Source of the DNA: Heptranchias perlo
Taxonomy: Eukaryota
Assembly (NCBI RefSeq): GCF_035084215.1
Contig: NC_090347.1
Span: forward strand, 23,312,001-23,376,000
Length of the DNA: 64,000 bases
Reading direction: 5' to 3'
Part shown: positions 1 through 10,737 of the stretch, piece by piece
How positions within the stretch are numbered: the stretch's first letter is position 1
Layout: every line of letters begins with the position of its first letter
The notes under the pieces: model-generated
What the model saw: the letters and a program-made list of their open reading frames with translations, nothing else
What the model was told of the DNA's origin: nothing
The model's database searches: none
Position numbers and translations under genes: made by a program

Positions 1-1814
1 AAGAATAGTGTACAAATTTGGAAAACCCAGTAAATTGTTTTTAATAATTTCTTTTGTTAAGCTTTTGGCTATCAAAACTTTCCAGTATCCAAATTTATAC
101 AACACATTCTGAGCTGGCTTATAGAACTTTTTATAGCACTTTCAGCATTTTAATAGCACGACTTTGTAGTGCAAGTCACTTTATAAATATAGCCAGAGTG
201 GAAAGATTAAGGCCGTACATCTGCAACGGGTGACCAGAGGCCAACTGCAAAAGTAACCAATGACTGCAGCAGACATTTTTTTATTGTATAGAATGTAATG
301 CCTAAATAGTTTGATATTCAAACTGATGTCCAGTAAGTATTCCAAGTTGTATGATTTTCATTTGTACTGGAACTTTTACACTCAATTTCAAATAAAGCTT
401 ACCAGTTATTCAGTCCTATTTAAATATTCTGTACTTTGGAAATATCTACATCCTCAGACTTTCATGATGCATGAAATGAAACCAGTATAAAAATGAGTAC
501 TGCTAGACTCAACTTACTGGTTCAATTTTTGTATACTGAGCAATAATTTAAAATGTTTCTTGCCGACAAGGCGGGCTGCCTATTTCGCGAACTATGCTGA
601 AATGAGCTCAAATGTATATTGTCTAATATTTTGTGACTATAAAAGGCAAACTCTAGTTTCATTGGTAAACTGGTGTACAATACCTAAAACCTGTGATGCA
701 CCTATAAGTGACTTAGTAACCTAACAGCTAATAATTAACACAACTGTCATTGCCTGGAGAAAATTCAACTAACAATTAATTCCATACGCTTAAACGGTCA
801 TTTTTAATTGTTCAAAAGCTAATATTTTTGTCCTCATGTGAACTTAAATTTCACAGTAACTCCATTTCACATTTACTTTAGAGCATTATGTCAACTGCAT
901 TGAATTTGCACTTCCACAAAACTCAAGCCACTTAAATATAATCCCCCATACAGGAAAACCAATTACTCAATACTTTTATCCCCAGAAAAAGGCACATACT
1001 ACCTAGAGCAGCTGATTTTTTTCCCTTCTCTATCGTGCTGACTTTAACCTAGTGTTAATGTAAATTATGTATCAATACAATGTCATGGCAACTGTACAGG
1101 TTAAGAGTTTTCAATATTACACGCAGAAAGTTTATACCTCTCATTAGCACGGATACTTCGAAGGGTTCCTCTACACAGGCTGGAAGACACTCAATTCATT
1201 GAGGTTGTGATTCAGTGACATCAACTAAAAGAGAATCTATACAGAGTTAAGATATAGTTTGTCTGCTTAGCAATAATTTGGCTGGAACAGTGTTCTCCTG
1301 TCAGGCCTGTAAGTTTGCACAATTTATGGAGATATCCTCTGGCTGTAACAAAGTATGGCCCCTTCATGAATTAGAGTCTCAGCTCTGTAGAGCTCTTCAG
1401 TCATCGATTATTAAATAAAGAAACTTGGCATGAAGTTCACACCACAATGTGCAACCTCATGCAGATTTTAAGACCTGCAAATCTACAGGATGCTATTTAT
1501 GCCAATGTACTAGCAATCTTGCTTAGCAGTCACCCAACCTGTTACATGTACAACACACATTAGATTCAACAGTATCCAAGGCAGTCAAAGATAAAGAGCT
1601 ATTGTTCAAAGTACATTCCTCTTTTGATATGCATTAGTGTGAACCACTATTGAATTGCATACTGTTAGAATGATATTTGAAGTTACATTACAGTTGTGAT
1701 ATTGCAGGGATCAGTCATTAAATGAGGGGCTTTTTATTTGGAGGAGGCTAGGGCTAATTAAAACACATGCAGTGCCTTATGCTTTAATTGTTCTTCCAGC
1801 CTAGACTCTGAAAG

Positions 1815-2502
1815 GATGATTTTAACCCTGCCCACCCGACGGAAAGCAGGCCGGTGGGCAGTTAAAATCAGCCAGGTGACTTACCCGCCAACGCTCCGCA
1901 CCGATCCTGCCATCTTCTATTTTATCCTGCTCTCCTGAGCCCACCTCAAACCGTCCGGGTCCTCCTTTAAATATGCTTGATATCATCGGGCTCCAACTGC
2001 ATTTTTAACTGTGGTCTGAAGGGGGAAGCCATTGTGATTCTCCCACCAGGTTAAGACAGCAGGAAGAATACCCAGGGCCAAGAGGTTCAGATATAAGTTT
2101 TTTTTTAAACTTTCCTTGTCTAACAAAGGGGCATTAGTGCTCCCCAGGCCCCCAAGTCTAAGCTTTCTCTGCCTCATGCTTCCCACTCCCCACAACATAC
2201 ATATGCCTCCATCCACTCTAATTTCTGCTCCCACCCAGTTGACACGTCCTGTCCATTTCAGGCAGACAGTTGACCGGCAGCATGCAGATGAGGCCCGAGA
2301 GGTAACACTGCCCAGGCTCCTCTCTGCCGAGGGGGTTTGAAACATAGGAAATAGGAGCAGGAGTAGGCCCTTCGAGCCTGCTCCGCCATTCAACCTGATC
2401 ATGGCTGATCCTCTAGCTCAATACCATATTCCCGCGCTCTCCCCATACCCCTTGAATGGCACTCACCCCGCCACAACCCCCCACTCCCAGTTAAAATCGG
2501 GG
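1815..2502. mobile_element. MITE-like element with a nested CR1 3' fragment (~2340-2455, minus)
   Basis: Ends gattttaac / gttaaaatc; GC-rich subterminal regions; related to the element starting at 63717. Confidence 0.65.
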
Positions 2503-4279
2503 TTTTCGTGTCAGCATACTATAACCATAGTAAAAAGTTGAGGTACAATAAAGAACATTTTTTTCTATTCAGTTAAGAAGCAGAGCCAGAAGATTTTGGT
2601 TTCAGCTTTTACAATGTTAAGATGTAAAAATCACTGTACAATACAGATGACATTTCCAAATGAAACTATACAGGTGTGCACTTGATATCCAGCACACGTT
2701 CTACAGGTACAATAATTACACTTAGAGGAGCACATTTGTGCTGTAAAACATTCAATTACAAATTATGAGCAATTTTCAGGGGCAATTATTTCTCAGTCAC
2801 CTGCAAGAATATCACCCTGAATTATAGTTCAGTATATCTGATAACACTAATGTGAATATACTTTTGTACACCTTGGATCTTCTACTAAAATATCAACGGG
2901 GGGCAGGGCAGGCATGCAACACCAGTTTTCACCTTACCAAGTGCAACATTCCAATCTATGCATTATTCTTTAAAGCCAACTCTCAAAATTCCTGTGGTGC
3001 TGAGGTATGGTCAACATGGTGCACCACTGGCTGTTGTGATATACTGTAAAATCCTTGAAGCAATTTTTCAATGTCCGAAACACAAATGATAAAAACATCT
3101 AGTTATATACTATATGCACAAAGAGTTTACCAGTCCCATCCAAAGCATGGAGTATTATCTATGTAATACTACTAAAACATTTATGATGAATGTAATTGAG
3201 CTGCTGTTATCTCCTGGAGGTAGTAAGACCTAATGAGGTGGTTTGTCCAGCACCTCCAGCAGCATTGATGCCAGGGCTGGCTGCAACGTACATCCACACC
3301 TCTGATGGTGCTATTTTTGCCCATGGGACAGAATGTGGTTTTCCCATCAATGGCCTCTACCATATCTTCCCCAGCCATCAAGAAAAGCTCCAGCAGCCAG
3401 AAGTGAGACTTGAGAGTTTCAAACAACTGCACATGCACACATGCAATTGTTTCTTTGTTCCCACTGGTGCTATGGAATCCACACTAATACAAGCATTGTA
3501 GAATCCATAGCAGTAGGAACCTAACGTTTATTCATTACATACAATGCAGCAATAGCTTGGTCTGCATTTTTCCCTTTGTGTGGCACAGAATTGAATGCAT
3601 TTGCTTTGGGCTCTAGACAAAGAGCTACTCTGCTAGGAAGTATTAAATGACCTGCTTAGCACATGTGGCAAATTTTGATTTACAACTGAAATCTGAAAGG
3701 GATCTACATCAGGCATCTGAATTTTGTGCTTTGTAACCCAAGCACAATTCCAAGGGGAACTGAATGTAGTTTTTAAATTCAAACCAAACAAGATAATTTC
3801 CCAGTGCAGCAAAAATCCCCAACAAATACAAATATGCAACAGATAAAGCTGGGTTTTTTAAAAAAAACTGAAGAATCATTAACTCAAGGGATTTGGGTTA
3901 AGTTTTGAGTACAAGAACACTGGATCATTCACACAGTTGTTACAAGATAGTTTTTAAGTTCACATAAAATTATTAATTTAAGTTTTACCAGAAATGTCTA
4001 ATTATTTTCAGAGCAGGTAAAAGGATAAGTTTTTTGAATTTGGAGATCTTAAGCTCAAGCACGGATCTTAGTTTGTTTTGCACAGAATTGTTTTAATTTA
4101 CTAGAACAAAACTATTAGTTACCGAATTCAAAAAACTGGCGACGTCATCCACACTAAACAAAGATTTACAGCGGTTCAATCAAGCAACCGTTCACATTTG
4201 CTATGTTAATATCCCACGATTATTCTTAAAAAGTGATTTCTAAATACAGTATCAATAGTCATAAATATAGAACAATTAA

Positions 4280-4669
4280 CACCAAGAAAAAAATCTTTAA
4301 TACCATTACAGAAATACAAGTTGTACAGGATTTTATGTACTGAAGCAAATATAACTGTTAATTACAATCAAGTTCAAAATTAACAGCTTTCTAAACAGTA
4401 TGTTCCATGTGTAAATGTATAAACCACATTACCAAGTACAAAAACAAGGTAGCTAAAGGTGCTTACTGCCTGCTCCATAATTTACACGCAGCCACGTCTC
4501 TGGAGGTGCAGCTGACAGGCATTTTACTGGACAGCCATATTTTCTGCACGTCAAGGCATCATTACAGGAGCAATCAGGAGAATACAGGACACAGCCAAGC
4601 ACTCTGCACTGCACTGCAACACGCCACCTTACAGCTAACCCGCTTTACAGAACTGCTACACAACTGCGC
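4280..4669 (-). other. SRSF2: SRSF2 terminal 3'UTR exon, deeply conserved
   Basis: Minus strand reads tactaat...catgtatttttgtgcactag|gcgcagttgtgtagcagtt...aaggtggcgtgttgcagtgca...gagtgcttggctgt, nearly identical to the recalled human SRSF2 terminal acceptor and exon. The 3' end is approximate. Confidence 0.85.
4296..4301 (-). terminator. SRSF2 polyadenylation signal ATTAAA
   Basis: Minus strand tttctgtaatggtATTAAAgatttttttcttggtgtt parallels the recalled human 3' end (ATTAAAACATTTTCTTGGTGTT). Confidence 0.7.
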
Positions 4670-5005
4670 CTAGTGCACAAAAATACATGAGACAATAAGA
4701 TTAGTATTGGACTGAAATAAAAAAAAATGGAAGAAAGACATATGCAAAGTTGAAATTTAAAAGATAATTACTTCAGTATACAGAAAGAAACATTACAAAA
4801 CCTGGAAATACGTTCCATGCTTTTTACCTTATGTACATATCCAAGCCAAAATGCATCTGAAGTCGAGCATTTCACTAAATTGTAAGAAGTTTAAGTAATA
4901 GCAACACAGATGGCACATAACATATAATGAGCCTTCTCAGACACTAATTTAAATTCAAGACTTAAAACTGACAAAACCTATTATAAACAATGATGTTATA
5001 ATAAC

Positions 5006-5126
5006 CTTTTAAGTAGATCACTGCTTATTTTAGGAAGGTCTCTCCATCACCTAAACAGATGGCAAGAGATGGTATTTCTTGCAAGGCATCTATCTACCAT
5101 GTAAATCTTCCAGCCATCCAGAATAT
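5006..5126 (-). other. SRSF2: SRSF2 non-coding 3'UTR exon 3 (121 nt) ending at the donor of the retainable 3'UTR intron
   Basis: Acceptor ctttaacttctctttttgttctag|; donor cttaaaag|gttattataacat resembles the human SRSF2 3'UTR donor (TTGAAAAG|GTTATTTTGTAACAT, recalled). Confidence 0.75.
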
Positions 5127-5262
5127 CTAGAACAAAAAGAGAAGTTAAAGTTTAAAAAGGTATATATTCTATTTCACAACTGTAGAAAATATCCAAAATA
5201 ACCATGTTTATTAGAACTGTAAAAGTTGCACAGTCCAAATATTTGGCTCACTTGATCAATAA

Positions 5263-5458
5263 CCCGAGGGAGTGGTAGAGGCAGATTCAATCATGGCCTT
5301 CAAAAGGGAACTGGATAAGTACTTGAAACGAAAAACTGTGCAGAGCTACAGGGATAGGGCGGGGCAGCGGGACTAGCTGGATTGCTCATGCATAGAGCCG
5401 GTGCGGACTCAATGGGCCGAATGGCCTCCTTCCATGCTGTAACCTATGATTCTATGAA
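5263..5458 (+). mobile_element. CR1 3'-end fragment
   Basis: gtggtagaggcag...ttcaaaagggaactggataagtacttg...gggccgaatggcctcct...ctatgattctatga (CR1 octamer tail). Confidence 0.85.
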
Positions 5459-6414
5459 TAACAAAACCTTTCCTTTTATTTTTAAAACAGGATAATTAAT
5501 ATAAGTGCACCTTCCCCAAAGAGCACAAACCATTAAATTGACATTTAAGGGAATATTGGGGGGGCAATTTTCAAGTCACATGGTCTTGGAGATAAATAGT
5601 AAATGTAAAAAATATTGAAGATCCTACATCATTTAAACTCTCAAAGCTTTAATGTATGTCTCACTGAAAATATACGGTTATCTCGAGAACAGAAATGAAA
5701 TTTGCCAATAATGTCAAGATGCTAGAACACGAAGCACAAAAGCAGCCAGTGCCAAAAATTATAAGCATACACTAAATGGAAAACAGATTAAAAACAGTAT
5801 TTAAAAGTTTGCAAATCATGTGAATGAAATTCTACACAAATGGAATATAAATAAACATTCATTTCTGGAGCACAATGCATTTTTGAATTTTGGTTCTGCA
5901 CATTTCCTCAATAAGTGCCAGAAAACAACTCTCAATACCCTCTCACTATCAATCGAAGTGCTACAGTGTTACCTATGAAGCCTAAAAATCTAAAAGACAA
6001 ATACAGGGAATTAGATATTTTGTTGCAATTTCAGCAATACTTCGCTGCAAGTAATTTGTTTTATTTTATGTAGATCGCAAGATTAATATTAAATCTCAAA
6101 ACAAATCCTAAAAAGTTAAATCAAATCATTGTATTTGCTCAAGCAAAGAAAATGGATGGCAGTGCACATCTTGGAATGCTCCAACAGCATCTGCCTTCAC
6201 CAGGCTGAATGAAATGCGAGTCTGTATTACAGGTGTAGTTCCTATAGTTATTTTACTTTTAGGCCAAAAATATTACAAGTTGTAGACTCTATCATTTAAA
6301 GCTTACTATAATTTCAATGCTATATAAAGCCCAGTTGATTTACACATCTTTGACTGCTGTGTAATAGTACTATTGATGCAAGACTTCAACGTGTATACTA
6401 ATCTCACACTTTAA

Positions 6415-6930
6415 AGTCAGGAGTGTGATAGAATACTCACCAATTGCCTGGATGGGTGCAGCCGCAACAAAACTGAAGAAAAGCGACCACAATCCAAGAC
6501 AAAGTAATCCGCTTGATCAGCACCCCTGCCATTGAACTCAATATCCATCCCTCCACCACCAGTGCACTTTGGCTTCAGTACATATAATCTACAGGATGCA
6601 GTGCAGCAACTCACCAAGTTTACTTCAACAGCACCTACCTGCCACATGACCTCTACCACCCCGAAGAACAAGAGCAGCAAAATCATGGAAACACCATCAT
6701 CTCCAAGATCCCCAAGTCACACAGCATCCTGACTTGGGACATACATAGCTGTTCCTTCATCATCGCTAGGTCAAAATCCAAAGTCCCCATCTAACATTAT
6801 TGTGGGAGCATCATCACAAGGATTGCAGCAGTTGAAGGCAGCCCACATTACCTTCTCACGAGAACTAGGGATGGGCAAAAAATGCAGCCTTGCCAAAATT
6901 GCCCACATCCCAAGAGAATATTAAAAATAT
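6415..6930 (+). mobile_element. Older 3' fragment of the same LINE family in SRSF2 intron 2
   Basis: gtcaggagtgtgatagaatactc...gggatgggcaaaaaatgcagccttgcc..gcccacatccc parallels the reverse complement of 51250-51780. Confidence 0.82.
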
Positions 6931-9900
6931 ACACCTTCATATTTTAGGGACCAAAGCTTTTGTGCCATGTACTGTGATGCAAGTTTTGAAACTATTAAAG
7001 GTTGCAATGGAAATATCTCAATTGCTAATGGATGAATGTAAATAGATTACAACAGGATTTTGAACTCTGTCCAAAGAGAAATTTTATGAGGTCTCATCTT
7101 ACATAAAACTGTTCAGAGAAATTAACTCAAACATCTTACAATTAATTTCAAGTCTTATTTTGGATTGTATTCAGATTATTACAATGTTATGAAATTTGAA
7201 GACACTAGCAAAATGCAACTTCATGGCTAATTCTGGAGCATCTATGGCACTGTAACAGTCAGCGACAGACATCCAATCATATAAAAAAATCAATTTGCGA
7301 CGACAACCAGTTTTTCCCTTTCCCCAAATATTTAAAGCTTGAATAGCTGCACGGCAAATAAAGTTACATTTAAAAATTAAAACTAAATTTCTTTACTTTC
7401 GAAATAGGGTAATTTCACAACAGCTGGGTGTTTTACTTCCAAAAGCAAGGAATTGTGTAACTGGAATAACATAACATACTATAACAAAAATTAGATACAC
7501 TATGAAGGAAGGTTGAAGCAGCTCAAGCTTTACAACTTGGTTAAGGAGAATGTTAAAGTGTGCAAAATATTGGTGAGTTTGTTGGACCAAACAAATGAAT
7601 TTAAAACTGATACATCAGGATATTGTGCATGGAAATCTCAAGAAGTCCTAAAATCACAACAGTGAGTGTCACTTAACTGCAGATTGTATTTGCTTAATAC
7701 TGAAGTGTCAGGAAAGTCTTGTTAGTGTTGTGCACATAATGGGTTGTGCTCAAAAGTTTCATTGCTGGATTAGAGAATTTTAGAGAAGTGCTTGGGTAGT
7801 GGGTGCAGGCCGAAGCTAGATGCAAGAAAAGGGGGGTGGGGGGGAAGGGAACAGGAGCAGACTGTAGTTGAAGGTCTGATTGCGCAGGGGGTGGGGGAAA
7901 GAAGGGTTGGGGAAAAAAATGGTATAAAGGCCCAGAGCAGCTGTCAACGAATATGGGATCAAACATGCTGCTGGAGGACAGGAGCAGCATTCAATGAAAA
8001 AATACTGTCAGAGACAGTGACCGCGGAAGAGAGGTTACTAGGACCAATGACAGGGTAATCACTTTAACAAGGCCAATCAAATTGCTGCATATTAAGACAT
8101 ACTAATTTTTAAAAAATATATACTATCCCTAATGTCAAATGCTTTTTCTTGCTTCTGCAAAGCAGGAGATATTTTGCGGACGGAAAGGTCAGCTTACGAA
8201 GTCTGTTCTCATGCCTGTCCAGATATGGATATTCTGGGCAGTGATACTAGGTGTGAATTATTGTGCAAGAATAAAGAAGAGTTCAACGGCATGCAAGATG
8301 CAGTAAGTCAAGAAAGGTAAACTTAAAGGAGACTGGACAGCACAGTGAGCTAGAACAGTGTTCTTTCCTCACTGCCACCTGTAAGGGTTGTGTGTGTATT
8401 TGTGCAGTCACAACTAGTTTAGTAGGGAGTAGAAATGTTTTATTCACAGAAGATAATAATGAGTCTTTTGGCGGAAAAGGAATAAGGTGGAGAAGTGAGG
8501 TTGAGGTCAAGACACATTGCTGGCACAAAACTGTTTTACTCTGCAGATGGGTGTCAGAAAAGCTATCAGTTGCTATATTACCCATTTCTTGAGTTTTTTT
8601 TGCTTCCTTGGCCAGATGCACACTCATGGGCAGCTTTACAACAATGTTGCTTATGAAAATGTAACAATTAGAAAAATAAATACCCACATAATCATTAAAT
8701 GTTTTTCTGACCACTTTTATACTGGCTTCAACAGATTGAACCCAGTTTGCATAGTGCAGCAGGTTCAAAATTTCTTTTGGGTGGGAAACACAAATTCCCA
8801 TTCTGTTCATTCTAGCAAAGAGTCTCAAGGTGAAACATTAACCATTATTTTCTCTTTTCAGACGCTAACAGCCTTCCTGTGTAATTCTAATATTTTCTGC
8901 TTTTACTTGAATTCTTTTCAGAATCACATTTCTCTCCAGCAGCAGCTTTTACCTACCATTAAACTTCAGACAGCAAGGCTCTTCGCAAGAGTCAGTTTGG
9001 GAGCAGAACTTGAGTGCAACAGGGCTCACGAACTCTCCAAAGGCTAAAACCCCACTGGAGCTATTATTACAAAAGCTTTTCAGGATTTGAAAAATTAAAG
9101 GTTAAGCCCACAAGACAATGTATTCATGCAACAGAATCTTGAAACCAAATGGATGTGCAATGTTACTGCAGCAGTGTACAACCATATGCAATTACCTTAA
9201 ACTACCATTATCCAATTACTATCTGACAGAAATAGATGGACTCCAAGACATTTACTGGCACTGTGTGACATCCTTGGAAGAATTGACAATTTAATTAAAC
9301 ATGTAAATAATCGCTATTGTTTTGATGTTATGTCAATTCTACATACAAAAGTGTTACTTCAGGCAAATTAACTTACTTAAATCAAGATAACCGGTCATAA
9401 AATATTAACATTTCTTTTCCCTCCAGCACTAGAAGAGGAACCGACACCACACATTCTTTTTTGGACCAACATACTATCCTCAATTAGAGAGTGTATATCA
9501 CTACCCCTTTAAAAGAGATGTAATGAACTACCATCTTTTCGGATTTTCTATTATGCTGCTTTTGTTGAAAGGTGAATGTGGATGAGATAAACTAAGGAAA
9601 TGGTTTGAAAAAGTTACTGTGCCTGAAGTGTGAAGGAGCCAAATTATCAGAAGAGGCAGCATCTTGGGATCATGACTTCAGCAACTCTGTAATTTCAACT
9701 GTTTGTTCATTCAGCTCTCACACTGCTGGGCACAGCAACTCCCCCAGGCCAGTACCCCTGCTAAATAGGAAAAAAATGCAAGTTAAGGTAAACAATTCCT
9801 TGTAACCAATTTTATAAAAGCAAGGATATTCTCTAGGGAAATTAATGTGTTTTCTTCTCACTGCTGCACAGGGACAGGGGGTGAAAGAAAGGGGAATTAC

Positions 9901-10442
9901 CAGCATCACATTGCCTTGGGGGCCCAACATTTCAAGCTGGGTGGAGCACCTTGCAAATTCTCAGCCAATACCTCCAGTCTCAAAGGAAATTACACTCTTT
10001 TTGCTCCTGGTTGCTGATCAAAGGTGAAGTCATCAACTCACAGATGATCAAGTATACAAGAGTACTTGGCCAGCAGTATTATTTAATAACTGCCCACCTT
10101 GGATTGGCATTCAGGGATGAAGGGGCTATCAGTTTCAGTTGAGCGAACAGCAGTGCATGCTGACAAAGATGAACATGCAAAGGTTTCAACAGCATAGTAT
10201 GGTACAGTTCGGGAAAATTTTTCCCAGTGACTAAATTCTACTGCATCAAGGTTTAAAGGAGTCTGCATCAAGAGTATTTTTCCATCTGTTACACAATAGC
10301 TAGCGCGAATACAAATTGTCTAGATGTTCGTTAGTTCTATGTTCTCCCTAAAACCATAGACTTTGTTACCCAATGTAAAAGATTCTAAAAATAATTCCAT
10401 CACTTTAGTGTATTTACTCACTTTGGTGCAGTTTACCACTTT

Positions 10443-10737
10443 TTATGGTGATTCAATTCCATCTTTCTGTGGAGATTTTGAATTAATTGGGGTCTTAGAC
10501 CTGGATTTCGACTTTGAACCTCGAGACATCCGAGATCCACTTCTAGACCTTGACCTGGACCGAGATCTTGACTTCGATTTAGACTTCGACTTGGACCTTG
10601 ATCTTTCAACAGATCTAGATTTTGAACGGGATCTAGATCGAGAATACGAGCGAGACCTGGACCTGCTGTAGCGAGATCTTGACCTAGTTCGGCTTCTGCT
10701 TCTGGATCTCGTACGAGATCGACGTCGTCTTCTAGGA
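10443..10737 (-). CDS. SRSF2: SRSF2 coding exon 2: RS domain to stop
   Basis: Acceptor tttgcccctag| then (S)[30 protein letters not shown]...[14 protein letters not shown]. 295 nt; 353+295=648 nt = 215 aa plus stop. Confidence 0.96.

Noticed and set aside
3181-3520. Coding-like composition with overlapping 85-aa and 101-aa ORFs
   Set aside because: No recognisable family or clear splice sites; possibly an old repeat fragment.
8283-9047. Overlapping 181-aa and 176-aa ORFs in SRSF2 intron 2
   Set aside because: No homology and unremarkable composition; likely chance.
5127-10436. Intronic snoRNA or miRNA in SRSF2 introns (miR-636 is annotated in human SRSF2)
   Set aside because: No convincing C/D or H/ACA box arrangement or recognisable hairpin found by eye; a covariance-model scan would be needed.
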